A stretch of DNA of 64,000 nt, taken from positions 2,157-66,156 of the forward strand of contig DATNAC010000087.1 of NCBI GenBank assembly GCA_035573035.1, written 5' to 3'. This DNA is from Terriglobales bacterium (GTDB lineage Bacteria > Acidobacteriota > Terriglobia > Terriglobales > SCQP01). Below the pieces are notes generated by a model. It saw only the letters and a program-made list of their open reading frames with translations, was not told the DNA's origin and ran no database searches. This document shows, piece after piece, positions 16,777-26,876 of this stretch (position 1 is the stretch's first letter; every line of letters begins with the position of its first letter). Position numbers and translations under genes: made by a program.

Positions 16777-19604
16777 AAGCCCACTAGGCGGGCAGTGAAC
16801 TGCACCTGGCGGGGGCCGCCAAATCCGACGGTGGAGGGCGCGAACAGCGGCATCCCGGCACTGAAGACAGGGGATGCCGCGGTTCCGTAGGCGCTCCACT
16901 GCCCCGGACCAAAAGTGCGGTTGCCGGTGTTCAGGACGTTGAAGACATCCATAAACAGATCGAGGTGGTGACCGCGGCCGCGCAGGGTGATGTCCTTGAC
17001 GAAGCGGAGGTCGAGGTCGTACTGCGCCGGCTGGCGCAGCGAGTTGCGGGCGGCCACCTGACCGTTGTTCACGGCGCGGTCGTTAAAGTCGTTGCCGTCG
17101 TTCTGGGTGTCGAAGCCGACGATGGGCGTATAGGGCAGCCCCGAGAGTGCGACAAAAACGGGATTGACCTTGAAGCCAAGGGGCAGATTGTCAGTGGCGC
17201 TGAGGTTGAAGCTATGGCGGATGTCCTGGTTGGAGTCCGCCGCCTCGGCGGCGAGATTGAAGGGGTTGAGGGTCGAGACGATGTCGAAGGGGCCCTCGGT
17301 GGAGGCATCGTCCCGGGTGTGGGAGAGGGTATAGTTGGCGGTCAGCGTCAGGCGATAGGGACCCTTGACGTCGACGGTGGAGAGCCAGCCGTCGTAGGTG
17401 GAGTGGGCACTGGAGTCGTAGCGGAGCAGTTGTCCCACCGCGGGAAGGGGACGGGCGGCCGGGAAAATCGGCATCCCCGTGGCGTCGATCGTGGGCGGGT
17501 CGAGGTTGGCGTTGAGCGTACGCAGCAAGTTCCCGGTGCTGTCGTGGGTGTAACCCGAAGTGAGATCGAAACGCGCGTTCAACCGCTGTTGCACGCTGGC
17601 GCCGGCTTGCACGGAGCGCGGGTTGCGGAAGTTGGGAGCGATGGAAGCGGCCAGGGCCGCGGGGACGGTTAATCCGGCGGGAGCGGCGGTCAGACCCTGG
17701 CCGCCCGCCGCCAAGACCAGCACCTGCGGATCGTAAAGGCTGTCAGCCACCACCGTGTTTAGGCCATTGTCGGTGAAGACGCGGGCAAAGTACGTGGCCG
17801 GGGTGGGGGCATCGTACATCCCCGAAGAGAGGCGGACGGCCGTGCGGGAATTCGGGTTCCAGGCCAAACCGATACGCGGCTGCCACTCCCGCAGGTCATT
17901 GGGAATCGCGCTGGTGCCCGGGATGGCGGGGTTGGGCCGCGGCGGCTGCGGGTTCCATTGCCCTTCCCAGCGCAGGCCGGCGGTAAGGGTGAGTTTTTCG
18001 CCGAGCGGGAGGCGATCCACGACGTAGGCATCGCCGCGGTGCACCGTTCCGGAATAGAGCAGCGAACCGGCGGAGGCGGCGAAGGTCTGCTGATACCGGA
18101 GCGGGTCGTTGGCCAGGTAGTCGGCCAGCGAGGCGAAATCGTAACGACCGTTCAGATTCGCCTGTTGTTGTTCGCTGCCCGGGTCCTGGGCGAAGCCGCC
18201 GCCGAAATGCACGGTATGGCCGTGCCAAATGATGGCCAAGTCGTCGCTGGCGCCGCGCTGGCGGGAGATGAAGCGGTGCGGACCCTGGCTATCGCCGCCC
18301 AGGGTGCCGAAGCCATTGATGTATTGCTCGGGGGCGGTGCTTCGAGGCATGAGGTCGCGGCGATCGCCGGCCCACTGGGCGACAATTTGGTTCACCACCC
18401 CGGAGGCGGCGGCCGCGGTCCAGTTGGCGTGGATCCAATCGCTCTGGCCAGCGAGCGAATCGCCGTGCGCCGCCACCGCGGATACCTGGGTCGAGTCCGG
18501 GTTGACGTTGCGGTAGCTGATCCGGTTGTAGTTCCCCTCCAGGGTGAGGGTGTTGTGGTTGTCGATCACGAAGTCAAGGCGTAGCGACAGCGCGGTGGGG
18601 TCATTGCGCCCGACGGTCTGGCCCTGCAGGCTGGCCAGCGCGGCCGGCACGCTCACCCCGCTGGCCTGGGGCTGAAACTCGGTGTAATAGGGTACGTTCA
18701 CGAAGTCCTGTTCGCCGCCCACGTAGTAAAAGATCCGTCCGGGCTTGATGTCGCCGCCGATGGAGCCGCCAATCTCGTTCTGGGTGTCGCTCAGGGGGTG
18801 AGCGAAGGCGTCGCTGCCGGTGAGCGCGGCGGGACGGAAAATAAAGAATTGCTCGCCATGGATACGGTCGCTGCCGGCTTTGGTGGCGACGTTCATCAGA
18901 CCGCCGTTGGTGTCGCCGACATCGGCGGATGCGCCGGCATGCACCAGTTGAAACTCCTGCACCACGGTCTGCGGGAAAAAGAAGCCGCCGTCGGCTCCGC
19001 CGCGGCGACCGCCCTCCAGCGGGTCGTCGAAATCGGCGCCGTCCACCTCGGTCAGGGCGGCGTTGGCGCGCTGGCCATCCACCTCGACTCCGGTATCGGT
19101 CTCCTGCGCTCCCGCGGCCAGCGCGGCGAACTGGGTAAAGTCGCGATCGCGGTTGGGCAGATAGGTGACGGTCAGGCCGGCGATGGCGTTTGCGACCGTG
19201 GCTGCGTCCTTATCGACCGCGGGTGCGACGGTTTGCCCCTCCACGTTGGCCGGACCGGCGGTCACGGTGACCTCCTGCCCGCCCGAGGCGAGACTCAGGC
19301 GCAGCGTTACCTGAACACTCCCGCCCACCCCCAGCGTGACCGCCTGCGCCCGCCCGAGCTTGAGCCCGGGCGCGATGGCGGTCACCGAGTAGGCGCCGGG
19401 CGAAAGCTGTGCCAGCGTGAAATGCCCATTCCGGTCGGCGGCGATGGTGCGATGGCTGCCCAGCGCCGTATTGGTGGCGGTAACCTGGGCGCCGGGAACA
19501 ACTCGTTGCTGCGGGTCTTGTACCGTTCCGGTGATGGTGCCGACGGCGGCTTGGCTGAATGCCAATACGCCCAGGAGTAGGGTCGTCAACCCGATTTTCA
19601 GCAT
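16773..19604 (-). CDS. TonB-dependent outer-membrane receptor with N-terminal carboxypeptidase-regulatory-like domain (Oar-like)
   Basis: 943 aa. Signal peptide, then GTITGTVQDPQQRVVPGAQVTATN...DRNGHFTLAQLSPGAYSVTA (CarboxypepD_reg), and a long beta-barrel ending in the aromatic terminus FTARLVGF. Confidence 0.9.
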   Translation of the reverse strand: MLKIGLTTLLLGVLAFSQAAVGTITGTVQDPQQRVVPGAQVTATNTALGSHRTIAADRNGHFTLAQLSPGAYSVTAIAPGLKLGRAQAVTLGVGGSVQVTLRLSLASGGQEVTVTAGPANVEGQTVAPAVDKDAATVANAIAGLTVTYLPNRDRDFTQFAALAAGAQETDTGVEVDGQRANAALTEVDGADFDDPLEGGRRGGADGGFFFPQTVVQEFQLVHAGASADVGDTNGGLMNVATKAGSDRIHGEQFFIFRPAALTGSDAFAHPLSDTQNEIGGSIGGDIKPGRIFYYVGGEQDFVNVPYYTEFQPQASGVSVPAALASLQGQTVGRNDPTALSLRLDFVIDNHNTLTLEGNYNRISYRNVNPDSTQVSAVAAHGDSLAGQSDWIHANWTAAAASGVVNQIVAQWAGDRRDLMPRSTAPEQYINGFGTLGGDSQGPHRFISRQRGASDDLAIIWHGHTVHFGGGFAQDPGSEQQQANLNGRYDFASLADYLANDPLRYQQTFAASAGSLLYSGTVHRGDAYVVDRLPLGEKLTLTAGLRWEGQWNPQPPRPNPAIPGTSAIPNDLREWQPRIGLAWNPNSRTAVRLSSGMYDAPTPATYFARVFTDNGLNTVVADSLYDPQVLVLAAGGQGLTAAPAGLTVPAALAASIAPNFRNPRSVQAGASVQQRLNARFDLTSGYTHDSTGNLLRTLNANLDPPTIDATGMPIFPAARPLPAVGQLLRYDSSAHSTYDGWLSTVDVKGPYRLTLTANYTLSHTRDDASTEGPFDIVSTLNPFNLAAEAADSNQDIRHSFNLSATDNLPLGFKVNPVFVALSGLPYTPIVGFDTQNDGNDFNDRAVNNGQVAARNSLRQPAQYDLDLRFVKDITLRGRGHHLDLFMDVFNVLNTGNRTFGPGQWSAYGTAASPVFSAGMPLFAPSTVGFGGPRQVQFTARLVGF

Positions 19605-19689
19605 TGGTATAAAGTACGATCAATCCATTTACGAAGCGACTAGTAGTTGCGCCGTGGTGGCCGGCACCGCCTTTAAAATAGAGTGACGC

Positions 19690-19845
19690 ATGACGAAACG
19701 GCGCAAACCCGTGAAGTTGACCGCGGCCAAACTGGCGCGCACGGCGGCGCGCGCACGTATCGGCCCGGTGCCGCCCACGCGTCCGGTGCCGGATAAGCGG
19801 AAGCGCGAGAAGTACAAGCCGGACTTCGAGCGGAGCGAGTCCTGA
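19690..19845 (+). CDS. Small basic protein (51 aa), hypothetical
   Basis: Below the track's size cutoff. MTKRRKPVKLTAAKLARTAARARIGPVPPTRPVPDKRKREKYKPDFERSES has very high GC3 and ends 8 nt before the methyltransferase ATG. Confidence 0.4.
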   Translation: MTKRRKPVKLTAAKLARTAARARIGPVPPTRPVPDKRKREKYKPDFERSES

Positions 19846-19853
19846 CACCGTCC

Positions 19854-20621
19854 ATGCCGGAGTTTGAAGAACAGTACTTCGAGGATCCGCGGTATCCGCC
19901 CGGACTCAAAGGCGGCGACGAGGTGCGCGGGTACGGCTACTATCCGGACTACTTCGCCATTGTGGAAGCACAGCTCTCCAGCCTGGTGGAGCTTACCGCG
20001 GGCGAAACCCTTCTGGATGTGGGCTGCGGCAAGGGGGCGCTCGCGGCCTATGCGCGCGAGGACCTGGGGATGCGGGTGGTGGGCACGGACGCGAGCCGGC
20101 ACGCCATCCGTTTCGCGGCCCGAAGGGTTGGGGGCCAGCACAGTGTGCGCGCGGACTGCGCCCAATTGCCGTTCGCGGGCGCCAGCTTCGACTTGGTTTG
20201 GTGCAATGGGGTGTTGCAGTACCTGGAGGCCGGAGCGGCGCGGGCGGCCCTGGCCGGCATGGCGCGGGTGTGCCGCACCGCGGTGTTCGTCTCCAATATC
20301 GCCTGGGCGCAGCAGCACACCGAATGGGGCCGGCGCGACCGCCTTACCCGCCTCTACTTGCGGCCACGGCAGTGGGCGGCATTGGCGGCCGAGGCCGCCG
20401 CGGAGGCCATGGGGGAGGCGGTCTGGCATGCGGTGGCGCTGCCGTTTGAGGGCGAGGCGGCGATACTGCTGATCCGCGCCGGAGCCCTGCCCCCCTCCTT
20501 TCCCCTGCGTTTTGTGGAACTCTCCTTGGAACGAATGCGGCGGTTGGGGGCCTTGAGCCGCACGCCCCCCGGCCTGGATGCTTTCTACCGGGCCCAGTGG
20601 AAGTCCGGCGGCCTACGATAA
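19854..20621 (+). CDS. Class I SAM-dependent methyltransferase
   Basis: Motif I LLDVGCGKGALA and post-I/II VVGTDAS...FDLVWCNGVLQYL. The competing minus-strand ORF 19629-20429 is Arg/Pro-rich antisense shadow. Confidence 0.85.
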   Translation: MPEFEEQYFEDPRYPPGLKGGDEVRGYGYYPDYFAIVEAQLSSLVELTAGETLLDVGCGKGALAAYAREDLGMRVVGTDASRHAIRFAARRVGGQHSVRADCAQLPFAGASFDLVWCNGVLQYLEAGAARAALAGMARVCRTAVFVSNIAWAQQHTEWGRRDRLTRLYLRPRQWAALAAEAAAEAMGEAVWHAVALPFEGEAAILLIRAGALPPSFPLRFVELSLERMRRLGALSRTPPGLDAFYRAQWKSGGLR

Positions 20622-20627
20622 ACCACC

Positions 20628-20960
20628 ATGACCACGATCCTTCTGCTGGTCGTCTCCAATACGTTCATGACCTTTGCCTGGTACGGACACTTGAAGTACC
20701 GCAATGTGCCGCTGTGGAAAGTGGTGGCGGTGAGCTGGATGATTGCCTTTTTTGAGTACTGTTTCCAGGTGCCGGCCAACCGCATCGGTTACGGCGAGTT
20801 CACCGCCTACCAGCTCAAGATCATCCAGGAGATCATCACGCTTACCGTGTTCGCGGTGTTCGCCTGGCTGTACCTGGGCGAGGATCTGCGTTGGAACTAC
20901 GTCGGCAGCTTCGTCTGCATCTGCGGCGCGGTGATGTTCGCGTTCTGGGGCAAGTTGTAG
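20628..20960 (+). CDS. DMT-superfamily small membrane protein (DUF486 family)
   Basis: 110 aa with VSNTFMTFAWYGHLKYRNVPLW...FFEYCFQVPANRIGY, which I recognise as the DUF486 signature. Three to four TM helices. Confidence 0.78.
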   Translation: MTTILLLVVSNTFMTFAWYGHLKYRNVPLWKVVAVSWMIAFFEYCFQVPANRIGYGEFTAYQLKIIQEIITLTVFAVFAWLYLGEDLRWNYVGSFVCICGAVMFAFWGKL

Positions 20961-20966
20961 CGGGGT

Positions 20967-23048
20967 TCAAGACAGCCGGACAAGCATCAAGGTAATATCG
21001 TCCGCCTGTTCCTCGGCGCCGCTCCAATCGCGCACGCCGTTCAGGACGGTGCGCATGATCTCCTGGAGGGGACGCTCGCGGTTGGCCTCCAGCAGTTGCA
21101 GCAGGCGCTGCTCGCCGAACTCGACCCCATACTCGTTTTCGGGTTCGGTAATGCCGTCGCTCCAGGCCGCCAGGAGGTCCCCGGATTCCAACTGCACCAC
21201 ATCCTCATCGAAGGTCACGTTTTCGAACAAGCCGACCACCATGCCGCCGCGCTCGAGGCGGCGGCTGCCGTGCGCGCCCACGACGACCGGAGCCAAGTGA
21301 CCGGCGTTGGTGTAGCGCAGTTCGCGGCGATCGGCGTCGTAGACGGCATAGAAGAGGGTGGCGTACTTCTCCGGCGGGGTGCTGTGGAAGAGCTGATTGT
21401 TAAGGCGCTCCAACAGCCGGGCGGGCGCCGCATCGTCATCGTTGGCGGCCCGTGCCGAGCCGCCCCGGGGCGCCGCCGCGCTCAGGGTGAGATCGGCGAG
21501 GCTGGGTTGGTAGGCGCGCACCGCGGCCACAATGGTCGCCATCAGCAGTGCGGCCGAGATTCCCTTGCCGGAGATGTCGCCCAGCGCCAGGCTGATGCGG
21601 GTCGGGCTGAGCTGGAGAAAGTCGTAGTAGTCGCCGCTGACCATGCGCGCCGGCAGGCAGCGTCCCAGGATCTCGAGTCCGGGCACGCTGGGCGGGGTGC
21701 GGGGGAACAGTTGCGCCTGGACTTCGTGAGCGATGGTGAGCTCGCTCTCCAAGCGCTGCTTCTGGCGCTGCTCGGCCAGCAGGCGCTGGATCGAGCTGGT
21801 CATGGTGTTGAAGGAGATCTCAAGCGCGGCAAGTTGGTCGCGGGTGCGCACCGGCACGCGGTAACTGAAGTCGCCGCGGTTGACGTGCTCGGTGCCCACG
21901 TAAAGGTCGTTGACCGCCCCGGTGATGGTGCGGGTCAGGCGGATTCCGGCCAGCAGAGCGAATGCCTCGATGATCAGGAAGCCCACTCCCACCACCGCCA
22001 GCAGGAAGAGCGGCCAGCGCGCCGTCAGTGGCGAGTTGTTGCTGGGCAAGCTGGCAAAAAGGCGGGCGTTGAGCGTCGAGGGCCGGGTGTTGATGGTGGC
22101 GAGAATGGTGGACTGGGCGCCGGTCTTCCAGTCGGTCACGGGAACAAAGGCGAGGCTCGAGATCTGGATGTCAAACCAACCGGTACGCGGCGGAAGGGGC
22201 TGCGAGCTGGCGAGGCCGCCGGCCTGACTGGCCACCACCGGGTCGCCGGCGCTGGCGCTGAAGGTCACCAGCGAAACGTGGCCGAGCTGGAGGGCGAGGG
22301 AGTTGAGGCTGCGGGTGTCGAGCGAGTACAGCGTGAGCACGCGCTCGCCGCCGTTGCCGGTGGCGCCATAGCTGGCAATGGAGTAACCGGTGGGCGAGGC
22401 AATCACCCCCGAGAAGCCGGGCGCCAGCCAGGAGCTGGGCGATCCCAGCGCCTGCGCGGCCGCGGACTGGGGCTTGCCGTCGGCATCGTAGAAATAGGAA
22501 TGCACCCCGCCGAACCCGCGCGGGAAGTAGTAGCTGGCGTAGTAGTTGCTCAGGCCGGCGCCGTCGCTGCTGCGGTCGGGATGGCGCTCCAACTCGCGCA
22601 CGGTGAGGGTGTTGACGGCGGTAATGTTCTTGCTGCGCTGGGTGAGGTCGTTGAGCAGCAGAAAGGCGGCGTACTGGCCGTAGAACATGTAGGCGCCGAT
22701 AGCCAGCATGCCGGCAATCAGGACCACCGGGACCACGCCCATGAACACGTAGGCGAGAATGAGGCGATTCCGCAGCAGCCAGAGGGTCTCGCTGGTGAGC
22801 AGAAATGCCACCCGCACCAGCAGGACGAAAACCGCAACTGTAAAGGCGAAGCGGGCGACCCCGGTCCAGGCCAGCGGCGCGTGGCCGAGGAGCAGCGGCA
22901 GCAGGGTGAGCAGCCAGACCACACCGATGGCGCCGGTGATCTTAGCCAGCCAGGAATGCCGAAGCTGGGCGAAGAGGCGCGCGGTGCGGGCGCGGGCGTG
23001 GGCCGCGGTGGCCTGCGGAGGCCGCGTTTGGGGTTCGGCAGCAGGCAT
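20967..23048 (-). CDS. Membrane-bound PP2C/SpoIIE-family serine phosphatase with sensor region and HAMP
   Basis: N-terminal TM cluster, a second TM plus HAMP (RLTRTITGAVNDLYVGTEHVNRGDF). PP2C motifs SGDYYDF, GDISGKGISAAL, YTNAGH and SDGITE. Confidence 0.88.
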   Translation of the reverse strand: MPAAEPQTRPPQATAAHARARTARLFAQLRHSWLAKITGAIGVVWLLTLLPLLLGHAPLAWTGVARFAFTVAVFVLLVRVAFLLTSETLWLLRNRLILAYVFMGVVPVVLIAGMLAIGAYMFYGQYAAFLLLNDLTQRSKNITAVNTLTVRELERHPDRSSDGAGLSNYYASYYFPRGFGGVHSYFYDADGKPQSAAAQALGSPSSWLAPGFSGVIASPTGYSIASYGATGNGGERVLTLYSLDTRSLNSLALQLGHVSLVTFSASAGDPVVASQAGGLASSQPLPPRTGWFDIQISSLAFVPVTDWKTGAQSTILATINTRPSTLNARLFASLPSNNSPLTARWPLFLLAVVGVGFLIIEAFALLAGIRLTRTITGAVNDLYVGTEHVNRGDFSYRVPVRTRDQLAALEISFNTMTSSIQRLLAEQRQKQRLESELTIAHEVQAQLFPRTPPSVPGLEILGRCLPARMVSGDYYDFLQLSPTRISLALGDISGKGISAALLMATIVAAVRAYQPSLADLTLSAAAPRGGSARAANDDDAAPARLLERLNNQLFHSTPPEKYATLFYAVYDADRRELRYTNAGHLAPVVVGAHGSRRLERGGMVVGLFENVTFDEDVVQLESGDLLAAWSDGITEPENEYGVEFGEQRLLQLLEANRERPLQEIMRTVLNGVRDWSGAEEQADDITLMLVRLS

Positions 23049-23121
23049 GCTCCATCTAGCCTAGGGCACCGCGCGGACGATGTCCACCCGGGCAGCGGAC
23101 GCGCCGCGGGCGCCGCCGGCC

Positions 23122-24678
23122 TTAGCGGCGAACGCCGCCGGGGACCGCGGCCGAGGCTTTTTGCAGCGCCAACTGCACCCGGCTGTGCTTGCGCCCGTAG
23201 CTGAAGTACACCACCAGCCCGATGCACAGCCAGATCAGGAACACCTCCCAGGTGAGGTTATGCAGCGAGAGCATCAACGCCAAAGAGACCAGCATCCCCA
23301 GGATCGGCACCAGCGGCACCATCGGCGTCTTGAAGGGCCGGTGTAGGTTGGGATCGCGGTGACGCAGGATCCAGACGCCCGCGCAGACGATGGTGAAGGC
23401 GAACAGGGTGCCGATGCTGGTGAGCTCGTCCAGCGTGGTGATGGGCAACGAGGCGGCCAGAAGGGCGACCACCAAGCCGACCAGCAGGGTCGAGATGTAG
23501 GGGGTCTTGAACTTCGGGTGTACCTTGCCGGCCCACTTCCAGAGTAGACCATCACTGGACATGGTGAAGAAGATGCGCGACTGGCCCAGCAACATCACCA
23601 GCATGGTGGAGGATAACCCTCCGATCGCGCCGATCTTGACCAGAATACTGCCCCAGGTCACGCCGGTGACATCCACCGCCGCGGCGATGGGCTCGGCCAC
23701 GTTCAGGGCGGTGTAGTTCTTCAGACCGGTGGTGATGGCCGCAATGATGATGTACAGGACGGTGCAGATGACCAGGGAGCCGAGGATGCCCACGGGCATG
23801 TCCTTGCCGGGGTTCTTGGCTTCCTGGGCGGCGGTCGACACCGCATCGAAACCGATATACGCGAAGAAGATTACCCCAGCTCCCTGCAGGATGCCGGACC
23901 ATCCGAATTGGCCGAACTTTCCGGTGTTGGCCGGGATAAAGGGATGCCAGTTGGCGGTGGCCAGGGTCATATGGCTGCTAATAAAGCTGGCGCCCAAGCC
24001 GATAAAGACCAGCAGGACGGAGAGCTTGACCACCACAATCGCGGTATTGACGTTGGCCGATTCCTGAATCCCAATCACCAGGATGAGCGTCACCATGGCG
24101 ATGCCGATGAATGCCGCCAGATTAAAGTGGGCGGTCATGGTCTGGGTGGCGGCCGCGATCTGCGCCGTGGTCAGGCTGCCGGCTTGGGCCCAGTGCCCAT
24201 TGAACATGATCAGCTTGGTGCCGGGGGCGGCGGTCATCTGCGCCGGCAGGTAGATACCGAAGTTCGCCAGCAAGCTGCTCACGTACCCGGACCAGCCGAC
24301 CGCGACGGTCGCCGCTCCAAAGGCGTACTCCAGGATCAGCGCCCAGCCGATCACCCAGGCGACGATCTCGCCCAGGGTGGTGTAGCCGTAGCTGTAAGCG
24401 CTGCCGGCGATCGGGATGAGGGCGGAGAACTCGGCGTAGCAGAGGCCGGCAAAGGCGCTGGCGATGGCGGCGATGATGAAGGAGAAAACCACCGCCGGCC
24501 CGGCGTTCATGGCGGCCACGGTGCCGGTGAGAACGAAGATGCCGGTGCCGATGATGGCGCCGATGCCGAGGGTGACGAGGTTGAGCGGGCCCAGGGCGCG
24601 GCGCAAGCCGCCCTGCTCCCCTTCCGTCTCCGCCAGCATGGCGCGCAGGTCTTTGCGTGCAAAGAGATTCAGGCTCAT
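23122..24678 (-). CDS. APC-superfamily amino acid permease (cationic amino acid transporter type)
   Basis: 518 aa, 12-14 TM. N-terminal LRRALGPLNLVTLGIGAIIGTGIFVLTG signature. Confidence 0.9.
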   Translation of the reverse strand: MSLNLFARKDLRAMLAETEGEQGGLRRALGPLNLVTLGIGAIIGTGIFVLTGTVAAMNAGPAVVFSFIIAAIASAFAGLCYAEFSALIPIAGSAYSYGYTTLGEIVAWVIGWALILEYAFGAATVAVGWSGYVSSLLANFGIYLPAQMTAAPGTKLIMFNGHWAQAGSLTTAQIAAATQTMTAHFNLAAFIGIAMVTLILVIGIQESANVNTAIVVVKLSVLLVFIGLGASFISSHMTLATANWHPFIPANTGKFGQFGWSGILQGAGVIFFAYIGFDAVSTAAQEAKNPGKDMPVGILGSLVICTVLYIIIAAITTGLKNYTALNVAEPIAAAVDVTGVTWGSILVKIGAIGGLSSTMLVMLLGQSRIFFTMSSDGLLWKWAGKVHPKFKTPYISTLLVGLVVALLAASLPITTLDELTSIGTLFAFTIVCAGVWILRHRDPNLHRPFKTPMVPLVPILGMLVSLALMLSLHNLTWEVFLIWLCIGLVVYFSYGRKHSRVQLALQKASAAVPGGVRR

Positions 24679-24696
24679 ATGGTTCTTGCCGTAACC

Positions 24697-26196
24697 CTAA
24701 TTTAGGCGCGGCTGGGGCTTGGCCGCAAGCCCGCGCCATATATAAAAGACCGGAACACCGAGCAGCACCAGCAGCAGCCCGCTGCCGGAGTACTGCGGGA
24801 ATACCCACAACACCACCACATCGAAGAAGATCGCCAGCGCGATATACAGCGCCGGCAGCAGTGGGTAGGCCACCACCTTGTAGGGGCGTTCCATCTCCGG
24901 CCGTTTGGCCCGGAGAATAAAGAGCCCGGTGATGGTGAGGATGTAGAACAGGAACTCGGCGAACATCACATAGTTCAGCAGATCGGTATAGGTGCCCGAC
25001 AGGCAGAGCAGGCAGGCCCAAAGGCCTTGCATCCAGAGTCCGCGTCCCGGCACCTGGGACGGATTGAGCCGGGCCACGCCCTTGAAGAACAGCCCATCCT
25101 TGGCCATGGCGTAATAGACGCGCGCGCCCGCCAGAATCAATCCGTTCGTGCAGCCAAAGGTGGAGATAAGGATCGCGGCCGCGATGAGCACCGCGCCAGC
25201 GTGGCCGTACACCACCCCCAGCATGGCCGACGCCACCCGATCCTCGGGGGCGTTGGCGATCTGGTTGAACTGGAGCACACAGAGGTAGGCCAGGTTGGCG
25301 AGCAGGTAGATGGCGGTGACGGTGAGCGTGCCCAGCGCCAGCGAGAGCGGCAGATTGCGCTTCGGGTTCTCCACCTCGCCGGCGGTGAACGTGATGTTGT
25401 TCCAGGAGTCGGAGGAGAACAACGACCCCACCATGGCGGCGAATACCACCACGATGGTGGCGGTCTTGATACTGCCCCCGCCGACCGCGCCGCTCAGGTT
25501 GTAGCTGCCGCGCGTGAAGAAGCCGGCAAAAAAGTCATGCCAGAAATGGGCGAAGTTGGCGGCAATCGCGCTGGCGTTGCGCGCGAACAGCACGCCCAGC
25601 AGGATCAGCCCCACCAAGGCGACAATCTTGGCGAAGGTAAAGACGTTCTGCACCCAAGCTCCCGCCCGCACGCCGCGGGTATTGAGCCAGGTCAGGAAGA
25701 CGATCACCGCCACCGCCACCAACTCTTCGGTGTTCAGGCCGAATTGGACCGGTCCCCAGTGTCCCCAATGGAAGAGCCAGTGCTGCTCGGAGACCGCGTT
25801 GGGATAGATGACGCCCAGATACTTCGCGAAGGCCATGCAGACCGCGGCAATGGTGCCGGTCTGGATGACCACGAACGACGTCCAGCCGTAAAGAAAGCCG
25901 GAGAGCGGGCCGAGCGACTCGCGCAAGTAAACGTACTGCCCCCCGGCCTGCGGCATCGCGGCCGCCAGTTCGCCATAGCAAAGCGCCCCGGCCAGGGTCA
26001 TGAAGCCGGTGATCGCCCACACCAGCATCAGCAGAGCGGGCGAACCCACCTGCCGGGCGATCTGCGGCGATACCACGAAGATGCCCGAGCCGATCATGAT
26101 ACCCATCACGATCGTGGTCGAGCTGGTCAGGCCCAGGGCTTTGACGGGACGAGTCTCCGCGGACGAAGTCTTGGGGGATGCGCTATTGGTGGCCAT
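24697..26196 (-). CDS. APC-superfamily amino acid permease (LAT/APA-like)
   Basis: Start moved to the ATG at 26196 (MATNSASPKTS...). GIMIGSGIFVVSPQIA signature and 12 TM. The track start at 26364 would overlap thiE. Confidence 0.87.
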   Translation of the reverse strand: MATNSASPKTSSAETRPVKALGLTSSTTIVMGIMIGSGIFVVSPQIARQVGSPALLMLVWAITGFMTLAGALCYGELAAAMPQAGGQYVYLRESLGPLSGFLYGWTSFVVIQTGTIAAVCMAFAKYLGVIYPNAVSEQHWLFHWGHWGPVQFGLNTEELVAVAVIVFLTWLNTRGVRAGAWVQNVFTFAKIVALVGLILLGVLFARNASAIAANFAHFWHDFFAGFFTRGSYNLSGAVGGGSIKTATIVVVFAAMVGSLFSSDSWNNITFTAGEVENPKRNLPLSLALGTLTVTAIYLLANLAYLCVLQFNQIANAPEDRVASAMLGVVYGHAGAVLIAAAILISTFGCTNGLILAGARVYYAMAKDGLFFKGVARLNPSQVPGRGLWMQGLWACLLCLSGTYTDLLNYVMFAEFLFYILTITGLFILRAKRPEMERPYKVVAYPLLPALYIALAIFFDVVVLWVFPQYSGSGLLLVLLGVPVFYIWRGLAAKPQPRLN

Positions 26197-26203
26197 CTTC
26201 TCG

Positions 26204-26872
26204 CTAGTCTCCGGGACTATGGCAGGAAACACGTGCGAACGCAAGCAGGAACTCCTCCGCGGCGCGCACCGGATCGGGGGTGCACCAGAGTGCGGAAATG
26301 ACCGCGACCGCATTCGCGCCGGCACGCCACACCAAGGGAGCGTTCTCGCGGGTAATACCGCCAATCGCGACCAGGGTTCCCGGACATTTCCAGCGAATCT
26401 CTCCTAGGGCTTGGACGCCCACCACCGCGTCCGGTTTCATCTTGCTGGTAGTGGGAAAAACCGGACCCAAGGCAAAATAGTTCGGGGCAAGCGCCAGCGC
26501 GGCGCGGGCTTGATCCAAAGTATGGGTGGAGAGCCCAACCAGAAATCCTGGCGGGAGCAACGGCCGGGCGGCGCCGAGGGGCAGATCGTCCTGGCCCAGA
26601 TGCACGCCGGCCGCGCCCGCCAGCCGGGCGATGTCGAGCCGATCGTTGACGATGAGCGTGGGCACGACCTCGGCCAGACGCTGCGCCAACTTCAGGAAAT
26701 CGCGCGCGGGCAAAGTCTTGGCCCGGAGTTGTTGCAGCGGTATGCCCAATCGGGCAAAGGCGCGGGCACAGGCGACGAGATCGTGGCCGCGGGCCTCGGC
26801 CAGTTCGGCGTCCAGAATGGGATATAGGCCGTTGGCGGCCAAAGGGGAAGCGGCGGCAGGCGGTCGGGACAC
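26204..26872 (-). CDS. thiE: Thiamine-phosphate synthase
   Basis: LYPILD...LQQLRAK...LIVNDRLDIA...GVHLGQDD...LVGLSTH...YFALGPVFPTTSK...LVAIGGI are canonical ThiE motifs. Confidence 0.88.
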   Translation of the reverse strand: MSRPPAAASPLAANGLYPILDAELAEARGHDLVACARAFARLGIPLQQLRAKTLPARDFLKLAQRLAEVVPTLIVNDRLDIARLAGAAGVHLGQDDLPLGAARPLLPPGFLVGLSTHTLDQARAALALAPNYFALGPVFPTTSKMKPDAVVGVQALGEIRWKCPGTLVAIGGITRENAPLVWRAGANAVAVISALWCTPDPVRAAEEFLLAFARVSCHSPGD

Positions 26873-26876
26873 GGGC

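Noticed and set aside
19605-19689. Sigma-54-like GG-N10-GC (CGGCCA-CCACG-GCGCA, minus strand) upstream of the first TonB-dependent receptor
   Set aside because: It lacks the conserved T residues of both elements. Matches of this quality are expected by chance in GC-rich DNA.
19629-20429. Track ORF 19629-20429 (minus, 266 aa)
   Set aside because: Antisense to the methyltransferase, which has clear SAM-binding motifs.
21096-23204. Track ORF 21096-23204 (plus, 702 aa)
   Set aside because: Antisense to the PP2C phosphatase. Gly/Ala/Arg-rich with no motifs.
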